The notes under the pieces were generated by a model. That model was not told where the DNA came from, did no database searches, and was given only the letters and a program-made list of their open reading frames with translations. From the IMG/VR virus record IMGVR_UViG_3300040816_000831: a stretch of DNA of 64,000 nt; one strand, given 5' to 3'. Positions 31,354 to 39,282 of this stretch are shown here, piece by piece (within the stretch, counting starts at the first letter, position 1; every line of letters begins with the position of its first letter). The stretch comes from a virus. Both the position numbers and the translations under genes were made by a program.

Positions 31354-32268
31354 TTAACTTTCTTTAGCTAGTTTAGCAAAATAGCTGAGCGTATCATCTT
31401 CATCAGACGAATCAACTGGAGTAGTACCCATTGCTTCCGCATTGGATGTACTCATTCCTTGAGTTGGCGCTGCAGTTTCATTCATTACTGGTGCTGCTAC
31501 TGGAGCGTGTCCTGCATCAATACCTAGTACTTTATTCAACTTCATTGAAAGCTCATCGTAAGTTTTATAATTACTTGGCTCTAAGAAATCTTGTAAAGAA
31601 TAAAGTTTGTCATAAACTTCGGTTAATCTAGACTCGTCGCCGTCATACAATGATGATGATGAACTAAATTCTGATTTATCGTAGTTTACCCAACCTTCTA
31701 CTTTTCTGATTTTGATTTTGAAGTCTGCGCCTTCCCAGAAATCGTAAGGATTTACTGGGTTTTCATCAGCGAACTGAGGTTGCATGACGTCCATAATCTT
31801 ATCAAAGATTTTCTTACCAAACTTATAAAGAAATACCTTTCCTTCATTTTCTGGATTTGACGGGTCAGAAACAATTAGTACATTACTTACGTAGTGTAGC
31901 CTTCTTTTTCTATCCCTAGCAGTTGCTTTATCTTCGTCTCTACCAGAGTTCCAAAGTACAGAGTTATGCTCCGATACTGGGTCCTGCTGTCCAATGGACG
32001 TTAAAGAGTTTTCGATATACCATAAGCCAGTTGGTCCCTTGAATCCATGGTCCCAATATCTTACCCAAGGTAAGTCCTCACCATCTTTTGCTGGTAAGAA
32101 TCTGACAACGGCATAACCGTTTCCTGCTTTATCTCTTGTAGGCTTCCAAAATCTATCATCCGCATAGGAATTAGTAGTTTCTGGTTTTGCTGAAGAGACT
32201 GCTTCTGCTGCTTTTACGAGTTTGTCGATTGACGAGCCTCGCATGCTCTTTAGATTTTCTAGTGACAT
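31354..32268 (-). CDS. gp32: Single-stranded DNA-binding protein gp32
   Basis: DDRFWKP..DKAGNGYAVVRFLP, WYIENSLT, FWEGADFK.KIRKV.G..NYD.SEF, acidic tail. Confidence 0.97.
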   Translation of the reverse strand: MSLENLKSMRGSSIDKLVKAAEAVSSAKPETTNSYADDRFWKPTRDKAGNGYAVVRFLPAKDGEDLPWVRYWDHGFKGPTGLWYIENSLTSIGQQDPVSEHNSVLWNSGRDEDKATARDRKRRLHYVSNVLIVSDPSNPENEGKVFLYKFGKKIFDKIMDVMQPQFADENPVNPYDFWEGADFKIKIRKVEGWVNYDKSEFSSSSSLYDGDESRLTEVYDKLYSLQDFLEPSNYKTYDELSMKLNKVLGIDAGHAPVAAPVMNETAAPTQGMSTSNAEAMGTTPVDSSDEDDTLSYFAKLAKES

Positions 32269-32331
32269 ATATTTCTCCTGTATTTACACTGTATTACTGA
32301 ATTATCCACTTTATTCATTATATAATAGTAT

Positions 32332-32360
32332 ATTATACCACACTTCTATGGTTTTGTAAA
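32332..32360 (-). promoter_or_regulatory. Sigma70-like promoter for gp32
   Basis: TTTACA-17 nt-TATAAT with TG extension. Confidence 0.8.
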
Positions 32361-32939
32361 GGTTTCTTTTAATAAATTTAAACATTTATTTCTATCAAAC
32401 TTTACAAATGGTTTGTATTTCATAATTTTTCTATAAATATCAGGCCATATAATAGTGTCCGTAATATTTTTATTTTCGCGTTCTACAAATCCAATTATTG
32501 AATCCAAGATAACTACTGTTTCCAATAGTATTTCTTCTTGCATCCAAAGCTTTATAATCAATGGATGATTATTATCTTCTGCTTCTAAAAGAGAATCAAA
32601 CGATACATCCATATCATTAAGTTTATTTATATCAGTTTGAAACTGATACGTTAAAGATTCCATAATTTTTTTATGGTCTCTATAATATCTTTCTCCACCT
32701 TCATTAAGCATATCACCGACATACTTAACGTCGTTTTTAAAGTTAGCTATATAAAAATCTTTTAATTCATTTTCATATGTCTTAGCTAGCTTTGCAAAGA
32801 AAAACTTATCTTTTCGTTTAAAGAATGACGTAGGTTTTACTGAAGTCTTAAAATGATATTTAATCGCATCATATCCATCTGTTTCGAAATGTAATTTAAG
32901 TGCGTTATATAATTTATAAGATTCAAATGGGTCATTCAT
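32346..32939 (-). CDS. gp59: Helicase loader gp59
   Basis: Y..Y.ALKLHF....YD..KY, F.KRKD..FF.KL, ET.VILD; gp33-gp59-gp32 synteny. Confidence 0.9.
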   Translation of the reverse strand: MNDPFESYKLYNALKLHFETDGYDAIKYHFKTSVKPTSFFKRKDKFFFAKLAKTYENELKDFYIANFKNDVKYVGDMLNEGGERYYRDHKKIMESLTYQFQTDINKLNDMDVSFDSLLEAEDNNHPLIIKLWMQEEILLETVVILDSIIGFVERENKNITDTIIWPDIYRKIMKYKPFVKFDRNKCLNLLKETFTKP

Positions 32940-33187
32940 AGAGGTAGTTTATTACCTCTCTTTGATTTAATTAAATGTAAGCCTGAAGCTTCTTCTTCAA
33001 TCTTTTGCTTTAAAGAATCTGTTAAGAGCTTCTTAAGATTTTTATAATCCATACCTCTTTGTTCTACGACATAAGATGCTGCATCGATATATGACATACT
33101 ATTATTTGCTACAAGATGCTCTACTGCTGCAGAGAATCTCTTCTTTGTCATAATCTTTTGCTCTATTGGATTATCTTTATCCGACAA
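32936..33187 (-). CDS. gp33: Late-transcription coactivator gp33
   Basis: TKKRFS..VE..V....SYIDA......, L...LK.KIE.EA..L.L; probable TTG start overlapping the ahpC end. Confidence 0.85.
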   Translation of the reverse strand: MSDKDNPIEQKIMTKKRFSAAVEHLVANNSMSYIDAASYVVEQRGMDYKNLKKLLTDSLKQKIEEEASGLHLIKSKRGNKLPL

Positions 33188-33698
33188 ACTCTTCACCTTC
33201 ATTCCAAGCACAACCTGTAAGACCACCTGCTTGTAAAGCTTTCAATGTTCTTAATACTTCTTGTGCGTTTCTTCCTGTATCTAAAGCGTTAATAGATACA
33301 TGTTGTATAACTCTATTCTTATCAAAGATAAATGTTGCTCTGTATGGAACACCTTCATCTTCATTAACAATACCTAGTTGATGTGATAGTCCTAATCCAC
33401 AGTCAGCTGCTAATGTATGATTAATAGTACCAATTAAATTATTATCTTGTTTCCAAGCTAATTTACAGAACTCATTATCTCCACTTATTCCAATAACATT
33501 AGCATCATCGACTAAACAGTCAAACCCAGCTATTTCTGTTGGACATATAAAGGTAAAGTCCTTAGGATAGAAATAAACTACACTCCACTGTTTTTTCTGT
33601 GGCATATAACTTTCGTTTACTTCAACTCTCACAAATTCATTTTTTTCGTTAATTCCTTGCAGTGAGAATGCAGGAAACTTTTCTCCGACTGATAGCAT
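33177..33698 (-). CDS. ahpC: Peroxiredoxin (AhpC/Tsa)
   Basis: FYPKDFTFICPTEI, RATFI.D, GRN..EVLR.L.ALQ. Confidence 0.93.
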   Translation of the reverse strand: MLSVGEKFPAFSLQGINEKNEFVRVEVNESYMPQKKQWSVVYFYPKDFTFICPTEIAGFDCLVDDANVIGISGDNEFCKLAWKQDNNLIGTINHTLAADCGLGLSHQLGIVNEDEGVPYRATFIFDKNRVIQHVSINALDTGRNAQEVLRTLKALQAGGLTGCAWNEGEEFVG

Positions 33699-33707
33699 AT
33701 TATCCTC

Positions 33708-34829
33708 CTAAAATACTCTCATTAATATACAGTCAGCATTAACTCTGCCTGTTGGTTTATCTATTTTTGTTGTTAATGTATCCCAAATCTTTTCAATTTG
33801 TTTTTCTGTTTTATTTAAAATCATTGGTAGTATTTCATCTGGCTTTCTTAAAGTAGCTTGTCTAGACTCTTTAGTAAAGTTTTTTACTGAAGTGCCTGAT
33901 ACTTCGAAGCCACTTACTGAGTCTGTAAAGTATTCAATAAGTTTCTTGTTCTTTCTATTATAGACATACAGCTTGTGTTTGCCAGGTATCATTACAGGAT
34001 TAATCGAGGTTAACTTAACGTCGTTATCTTCTGTACAATACTTTAACTTACTAACCTGTTGGTCTGAAGCTTTAACTTTCTTAGCTCTTGGTAGTTTAGT
34101 AGCCTTAAACGAATCTTTTAATCTATCTAAATCAGCAAATATTTCTCTAAACTGCTTAAGTATTTTATTTTTTTCGCCTTTAGTCCAGTGAGAATAAGCT
34201 TCGACACATTGGTCGCAAGTCTTTTCATATGCCTCATTGATGTTATTATATTCAGTATCTAATAATTCTCTGAATATCTTGATGGCATTACCTTTTAAGT
34301 TATGACCTTTAAATCTGTTATAAGCACTAAACTTTCTATTAAAGTCTCCTTCTAACCAACCTTCAACTATTTCTAAATCAAAATCAGCGTATATAGTATC
34401 CATCACTTTTCTGCGAGTTCTTTCAGCAGGACTGATAACAACTACTACAGCTTTTTTAGCTTCTTCGACTTTCTTTTCTTTTAAGCCGATTTTATATTGA
34501 ACATTAATAAAATCTTTAATCTTATCTAATTGTTCATCTGAATAGACCCATCCTCTATAATGTAGTTTAATCAGTTTATTAACTGACATAAATTTATAGT
34601 CTTTAAGTCTTTTAAGTACTGCTACTTTCTTTTTATCGTATCCACAATAGTCCATTGCAAACTGATAAGTTGTAGGCATGTAATCCTTAGTCTTATAAAA
34701 ATAGTTATACCATGAAGCTCCTCTTGTCCACTCTCTATCGTTGAACTCTGATTCCTTAGTATAAATTGGTTCTGGTCCAAGATACTTATCATCTAGACTT
34801 GGTCCTCTTTTTCTTTTATTTGCTGCCAT
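33708..34829 (-). CDS. Hypothetical protein
   Basis: 373 aa, basic; own promoter and AGGAGA RBS; ends GRVN.DCIL.RVF. Confidence 0.8.
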   Translation of the reverse strand: MAANKRKRGPSLDDKYLGPEPIYTKESEFNDREWTRGASWYNYFYKTKDYMPTTYQFAMDYCGYDKKKVAVLKRLKDYKFMSVNKLIKLHYRGWVYSDEQLDKIKDFINVQYKIGLKEKKVEEAKKAVVVVISPAERTRRKVMDTIYADFDLEIVEGWLEGDFNRKFSAYNRFKGHNLKGNAIKIFRELLDTEYNNINEAYEKTCDQCVEAYSHWTKGEKNKILKQFREIFADLDRLKDSFKATKLPRAKKVKASDQQVSKLKYCTEDNDVKLTSINPVMIPGKHKLYVYNRKNKKLIEYFTDSVSGFEVSGTSVKNFTKESRQATLRKPDEILPMILNKTEKQIEKIWDTLTTKIDKPTGRVNADCILMRVF

Positions 34830-34855
34830 ATTTCTCCTTAATTGTTTATATGTAT

Positions 34856-34884
34856 ATTATAACACATTTTAAGTCGTTTGTAAA
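34856..34884 (-). promoter_or_regulatory. Sigma70-like promoter
   Basis: TTTACA-17-TATAAT with TG extension. Confidence 0.8.
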
Positions 34885-34904
34885 CGATTTTTGTGAATAA
34901 AGGT

Positions 34905-34952
34905 GGCCGAGCCTCTGCGGGTGATAAGGAGTCGCATTGTTGAGACTCAGCC
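34905..34952 (-). ncRNA. Candidate regulatory RNA hairpin with an anti-Shine-Dalgarno loop
   Basis: 11-bp stem GGCUGAGUCUC/GAGGCUCGGCC (two G-U pairs only on the minus strand), 4-bp inner stem UGCG/CGCA, loop ACUCCUUAUCACC. Confidence 0.6.
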
Positions 34953-34961
34953 GTTGACATA

Positions 34962-35084
34962 TTAATCTTTCTCCCAAGGTAATGGGATTTGTTTTCCTTT
35001 TCTTTGTTCTTCAGCGACATGGCTTGACATGTATGCAAACACCATTGCTCCTATTGTAATTAATATAGTAAAAAATGTATTCAT
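34962..35084 (-). CDS. 40-aa membrane peptide (not in ORF track)
   Basis: MNTFFTILITIGAMVFAYMSSHVAEEQRKGKQIPLPWEKD; TAATG coupling and GAGGAG RBS. Confidence 0.65.
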   Translation of the reverse strand: MNTFFTILITIGAMVFAYMSSHVAEEQRKGKQIPLPWEKD

Positions 35085-35440
35085 TAGTTTCTCCTCATAT
35101 TAGCAATATCAGTTGCTTCTTCTTGAGAGATAACTGGTACAGCATTTGATTTATGCATAGTGGCAATACCTTTTACTAAGGTGCCAGTATACTTCATTGT
35201 TTCTTTTTTACTACAATCGCTAGCGATTTCATGGTAATTACCATTCTTCATATATTCTTCCATTAAGGAATTATATTGTACAGCTTGTCTTTCTCGTATC
35301 TTATTTAATTGAGATTCTCTTAAAGCTGCTGATTGAAAAGCCACTGGCTTCTTTTTAACTCTATTAGCTGCGTGGTTTTTTCTCTTCCTTCCACAAGGTG
35401 AATACCTTAGTGAACCCATATAGAAGCTCGTAACAGCCAT
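35084..35440 (-). CDS. Hypothetical protein
   Basis: C-terminal YTGTLVKGIATMHKSNAVPV motif seen in T4-like phages. Confidence 0.8.
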   Translation of the reverse strand: MAVTSFYMGSLRYSPCGRKRKNHAANRVKKKPVAFQSAALRESQLNKIRERQAVQYNSLMEEYMKNGNYHEIASDCSKKETMKYTGTLVKGIATMHKSNAVPVISQEEATDIANMRRN

Positions 35441-35571
35441 TACTTAGGACCTCCATTATGTCCAATCATTGATTTTTCTTGTTGTTCTTTTTTCCATCTT
35501 AAAAAATCAAGTGCAACTTCTCTTGTGGTGTGTGTTAACGTACTCACTGGACGTCTTTTTTTATTTTTCAT
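35440..35571 (-). CDS. 43-aa hypothetical protein (not in ORF track)
   Basis: MKNKKRRPVSTLTHTTREVALDFLRWKKEQQEKSMIGHNGGPK; fills the gap and overlaps both neighbours. Confidence 0.65.
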   Translation of the reverse strand: MKNKKRRPVSTLTHTTREVALDFLRWKKEQQEKSMIGHNGGPK

Positions 35572-35816
35572 AATCTGTAAATTTGTCCTAATATATTATC
35601 TACTTCGGGGTCATTCAAATGACCAATAACATCATTGGTTATTTCAGTGTCATAACAAAGTTCGCCTTCGTGTAAAACAGCAAGTTCCCATAGACTTTTT
35701 TTATATCCATAAGAACCTTTGTGCTTGATTACACTTGCACCATAACCATTTGGAAATCTATATACTTTTTGTATACCTTCCATGTGATTGTTTGTTTCTA
35801 TTAGATATTCGTTCAT
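35568..35816 (-). CDS. Hypothetical phage protein
   Basis: F.NGYGASVI....SYG....LWELAVL..G..CYDT.IT.DVIG.L motif. Confidence 0.8.
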   Translation of the reverse strand: MNEYLIETNNHMEGIQKVYRFPNGYGASVIKHKGSYGYKKSLWELAVLHEGELCYDTEITNDVIGHLNDPEVDNILGQIYRL

Positions 35817-35823
35817 AATGTAT

Positions 35824-35852
35824 ATTATATCATACTTTTTTGTAAATGTAAA
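35824..35852 (-). promoter_or_regulatory. Sigma70-like promoter, leaderless spacing
   Basis: TTTACA-17-TATAAT, 7 nt to ATG. Confidence 0.8.
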
Positions 35853-35861
35853 GGATTATTT

Positions 35862-36134
35862 TTAGCTATTTTGTGAATAAGCACTAATTAAATCATCGCC
35901 TGTCATTTCATATTTTGTAAATAAGAATGTTTCGCCGTTTGATAAAGTTCTTTCAACAAGGCCATTATTATATTCCTTATCAATAACTCTTTTACCACTT
36001 TCAGTATCTTGCGGTCTATTATCATACCACATTGAACTTAATGAATGAGCATGTAATGATTTAACACCTTTTGCCCAGTCTTCAGCTGCTAGTTTAATTC
36101 GTTGCTTTTCAACTCTTTCGTCGTATTGGCCCAT
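35862..36134 (-). CDS. Hypothetical early protein
   Basis: 90 aa ORF with upstream purine-rich RBS. Confidence 0.7.
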   Translation of the reverse strand: MGQYDERVEKQRIKLAAEDWAKGVKSLHAHSLSSMWYDNRPQDTESGKRVIDKEYNNGLVERTLSNGETFLFTKYEMTGDDLISAYSQNS

Positions 36135-36274
36135 TGTCCTTTTTCTCCTCTTTCTGCTAATTTAATTAATTGTAATCTTTTTTGTTCCCATAACAATTTA
36201 AAGTCTGGGTCCTGTGCTCTATCTCTTGCATCTTGCAAAGAGATTAATTTGTGTAATACACTCATTAGTTCCAC
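36089..36274 (-). CDS. Hypothetical early protein
   Basis: 61 aa ORF tiling between neighbours. Confidence 0.6.
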   Translation of the reverse strand: MELMSVLHKLISLQDARDRAQDPDFKLLWEQKRLQLIKLAERGEKGQWANTTKELKSNELN

Positions 36275-36573
36275 TCCTGGTCTAGTTTAGACGCGTGATA
36301 AGCATCCATATAAGTTGTATCTTGTAAAAACCTAGATACATCTTTTTCTGAATGATACATATTTTCTGGTGAATTGAAATCTAAAGAGCCTGGCATATGT
36401 TCCCCAGCTTTTTTGACAGAAGCTGTAAGCCTCTTGTGTAATTTCATTTCTTCTTTTTGTTTAGTTTTAATTGCTGCTTTTCGAGCATCTAGATTTGAAA
36501 TAATATCTTTCATTTCATACTCTTCTTTTATTTGCAGCAATTCAGCTTTTAGCTTATCAAATGTTTTAGTCAT
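36265..36573 (-). CDS. Hypothetical early protein
   Basis: 102 aa, AGGAGA RBS. Confidence 0.7.
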   Translation of the reverse strand: MTKTFDKLKAELLQIKEEYEMKDIISNLDARKAAIKTKQKEEMKLHKRLTASVKKAGEHMPGSLDFNSPENMYHSEKDVSRFLQDTTYMDAYHASKLDQEWN

Positions 36574-36766
36574 TTAAATATTCTCCTTCAATTAAATTAG
36601 ACCATGTACCACCCATACCAAATGGCGCGTACTGTAATTTTGTGACAACGCATTGATTGTCATATTGCTTTTTTTGTTTACCTTGAATATATTTAGCGAG
36701 TGACTTTGCTTTATTCTCGTCCTCTGCATAGATATATGACTCAGTTGTAATTAAAAATCTTTCCAT
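36566..36766 (-). CDS. Hypothetical early protein
   Basis: 66 aa, TAAGGAGT RBS. Confidence 0.7.
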   Translation of the reverse strand: MERFLITTESYIYAEDENKAKSLAKYIQGKQKKQYDNQCVVTKLQYAPFGMGGTWSNLIEGEYLND

Positions 36767-36776
36767 AATTTACTCC

Positions 36777-37286
36777 TTAAAATGTTATGTTTCTTTCAAT
36801 TCTTGATTCTACTACTGCATTCTCTTTGAGCCATGCTCCAGCTTCTTTATCGCCAACACAAAAATCGCCGTCTTCCATTAAGAATTCTTTCTTATAGTTT
36901 TCACGGTCGTTAGTCCATGTCTCAGTTGTTTCGAGAATTTCTTTTCTCATCCAACCATCTTCACGGTTATCAGTAATTTTGATGAAATTAACATCACCAA
37001 AAAGGTCAAAAGAAAACTCTGTGACTGAATCCCAGTCAGCGCAAACTTGCTCTGTGTGAGGAACAACTTTTACGTCGTTGACGTATTCTTCTGAACCACC
37101 GTTTGACTTGACTAAGTCAGTGGTTATATATGGCTTGACTCTAGCCACGAGAGTAGCAATCTCATTTTCATTGAGCTCGCCGCAATTCGACATTACGTAA
37201 GTAGTGCCGCCCTTGAACTTCATGTACGGGTCTTTTGAATCCCCGTAGTTCTCGAGATATTGTGTGTGTATTACTAATTTTTTCAT
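36777..37286 (-). CDS. Hypothetical early protein
   Basis: KLVI.TQY.ENYG....PY.KFKGG.TY motif; extended RBS TGATAAGGAGT; promoter upstream. Confidence 0.8.
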   Translation of the reverse strand: MKKLVIHTQYLENYGDSKDPYMKFKGGTTYVMSNCGELNENEIATLVARVKPYITTDLVKSNGGSEEYVNDVKVVPHTEQVCADWDSVTEFSFDLFGDVNFIKITDNREDGWMRKEILETTETWTNDRENYKKEFLMEDGDFCVGDKEAGAWLKENAVVESRIERNITF

Positions 37287-37321
37287 ATTCTTAACTCCTT
37301 ATCAATTTTGAATATATGTAT

Positions 37322-37350
37322 ATTATAACATACTTTTGAGCAAATGTAAA
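37322..37350 (-). promoter_or_regulatory. Strong early promoter
   Basis: TTTACA-17-TATAAT, TG extension, A-tract upstream. Confidence 0.82.
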
Positions 37351-37402
37351 GGTTTTTTTTCACTTTTTGGTGAAATAATTGTGAGAAAGTGTTGTTCTAT
37401 TC

Positions 37403-37528
37403 TCAAGTATTATCTCCATCTCTATATTTAATTCTTGACTTGTCAAACAGTCTATCTGCTTGTCTTTGCATAGACCTTTCGACTGCTTTATCAAGCCAAT
37501 TACGAAACCATTGCCTTATCTTACCCAT
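37403..37528 (-). CDS. 41-aa hypothetical protein
   Basis: MGKIRQWFRNWLDKAVERSMQRQADRLF, start just after the phosphatase stop. Confidence 0.55.
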   Translation of the reverse strand: MGKIRQWFRNWLDKAVERSMQRQADRLFDKSRIKYRDGDNT

Positions 37529-37529
37529 C

Positions 37530-37967
37530 TTAAAAGTTCCCCGGTGCAACTTGAAAACATGGAATACCATTAGCTCTCCACATTTCAACAACCTGGTCTC
37601 TGTCATCAAATACCATGTCTGGTTTCCAGTCAGCTTTAATAAGCTCATCTAAAACTCTTTGTTTGAACTGATGGTCAGGCTCAAAGCTATCATCTGGTCT
37701 CATAAAAAGATGCGACCAAAATACGCCCATTGTCTGTTTAAGCTGATGCTCAGTCAACTCTCTTTGTCTTTCTTTACGAGCTGAAACAATAACTATTTCA
37801 TGGCCAGCGTCATACATTGATTCTGCAACTTCAAAGACATGCTCCATACGAGTGTCATCTTGTGTTGCTTCTTCAAAAGCTTTCCAATCAGTTGATACTC
37901 CTTCGACAAAATGTCTTCTGTGTTCAACATCCATTAATGTTCCATCTACATCAAATATTATTTTCAT
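37530..37967 (-). CDS. HAD phosphatase (PseT/PNKP phosphatase domain only)
   Basis: IIFDVDGTL, VSAR, LFMRP.D....D..FK, VFDDR.QVV.MWR..G..C.QVA.G.F. Confidence 0.88.
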   Translation of the reverse strand: MKIIFDVDGTLMDVEHRRHFVEGVSTDWKAFEEATQDDTRMEHVFEVAESMYDAGHEIVIVSARKERQRELTEHQLKQTMGVFWSHLFMRPDDSFEPDHQFKQRVLDELIKADWKPDMVFDDRDQVVEMWRANGIPCFQVAPGNF

Positions 37968-38257
37968 TATGCTACTACCTCTTGTAAATCGTTAACCCAA
38001 TATCCAGACATTCCAATTGCTGAATTATCGCAACCTTGTCCTTCAAAAAACCATTCGATATTAATACCTTTAAATGTTACGTAAGGTAAGATATATGTAT
38101 CATATTTAACTTCTTTGTTAATATCATTATTATACGCTCTTACTACGATATCTGTATCGTTGATTTCTTTGACATAGCCTTCGAAAGTTTTACCACTAGT
38201 TGTGAACTTGATGCCATCATCTTGTCCTACTAAATCTTTTATATCTACTATTCTCAT
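37967..38257 (-). CDS. Hypothetical early protein
   Basis: 96 aa, TAATG-coupled. Confidence 0.7.
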   Translation of the reverse strand: MRIVDIKDLVGQDDGIKFTTSGKTFEGYVKEINDTDIVVRAYNNDINKEVKYDTYILPYVTFKGINIEWFFEGQGCDNSAIGMSGYWVNDLQEVVA

Positions 38258-38556
38258 TATGCTACCTCTCTATAACCTGCTGCTTTACCATAAAAGCCAA
38301 GTGCTTCTAATTCTAGTACTATTTTATTGAACGCTAAACCTTCGTTATACTGAGGATAAATACCTACAGTCATTGGGTCGCTAATAAATAGTTGACATTG
38401 CTCTAACTCTGGATTTTTAGCAACGTACTCATTTACAATAGTTTTCCCTTTTGCAAAAAGTTTTTCGTCTCTAGTTCTTAATTCAAACTCTGTGATTTCA
38501 AAGCCTTTCTCTGTTAGTGATGGTTCTGGTTGGTTTCCTAATATTCTTATACTCAT
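38257..38556 (-). CDS. Hypothetical early protein
   Basis: 99 aa; extended RBS GATAAGGAGT; promoter upstream. Confidence 0.75.
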   Translation of the reverse strand: MSIRILGNQPEPSLTEKGFEITEFELRTRDEKLFAKGKTIVNEYVAKNPELEQCQLFISDPMTVGIYPQYNEGLAFNKIVLELEALGFYGKAAGYREVA

Positions 38557-38589
38557 TTTAACTCCTTATCTTTTAAACTGTATAGGTAT

Positions 38590-38618
38590 ATTATACCCTA
38601 GTTGGGAGCAAATGTAAA
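38590..38618 (-). promoter_or_regulatory. Early promoter
   Basis: TTTACA-17-TATAAT. Confidence 0.8.
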
Positions 38619-38673
38619 GGACTTTTGGGAAAATAATGAAAATAATTACACAACAATCACTATGTCAGCAGTT

Positions 38674-39282
38674 TTAACCGCGTTTAGGACAATAAGGATT
38701 GTTTTTATTTTCACTAAGAAGTTTATAATTATTAATGACAACAGAACCTACTATTAAATTTATCAGTGTAAGGTCCTCATCAGTATAAATTTCCGCCTTA
38801 GGGTGAAATATAGTGGACATAAAAATAATCTTATGAAGAATTAAACGGTCTTTATGAGGAACGCTTGGTAAAGTTGGATTGCGCTCTTGTATACAAGAAT
38901 ATTTTAGCCCTTTTATTGTTGAATGAACATCTAATGCATTTAGTATATACCATGTAATCCATACCTTTTTATCTCGATTATATTGCTGGTGTGTATATGG
39001 TGACTTTTTCGCTTTTTCCTTTGACCAGGATTCGATCGACTTCAGCGAATTCTCGAGATGTACAGCTTCGATAAGTTTCTGGTCCCAACAACACTCGAAT
39101 CCCATCATAATTTCTTGTTTGGCCTTCGAGTCTAGCACCAAGGTTGACGGCATCTCCAATGACGGAATAGTCAAATCTAGATTCGCTTCCCATGTTTCCG
39201 ACGATGCATGTGCCGGTATTGATACCAATGCCAATATCAATCCTAGGTAAACCTTGGTCTTCAAGTTGTTGTATAAGTTCAT
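38674..39282 (-). CDS. Exported/membrane protein whose N-terminal half overprints the cyclase gene
   Basis: GAGG-6 nt-ATG; signal-peptide-like MNLYNNLKTKVYLGLILALVSIPAHA; C-terminal LNALDVHST..GL.....E.NP resembles DUF5658-type membrane proteins. Confidence 0.6.
   Translation of the reverse strand: MNLYNNLKTKVYLGLILALVSIPAHASSETWEANLDLTIPSLEMPSTLVLDSKAKQEIMMGFECCWDQKLIEAVHLENSLKSIESWSKEKAKKSPYTHQQYNRDKKVWITWYILNALDVHSTIKGLKYSCIQERNPTLPSVPHKDRLILHKIIFMSTIFHPKAEIYTDEDLTLINLIVGSVVINNYKLLSENKNNPYCPKRG

Noticed and set aside
34838-35038. 66-aa ORF spanning the hairpin
   Set aside because: It crosses a promoter and overlaps a better-supported 40-aa gene; the GC-rich part is explained by RNA structure
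34880-38670. CRP-like sites near early promoters as cAMP targets
   Set aside because: Only TGTGA half-sites found; no TGTGA-N6-TCACA match
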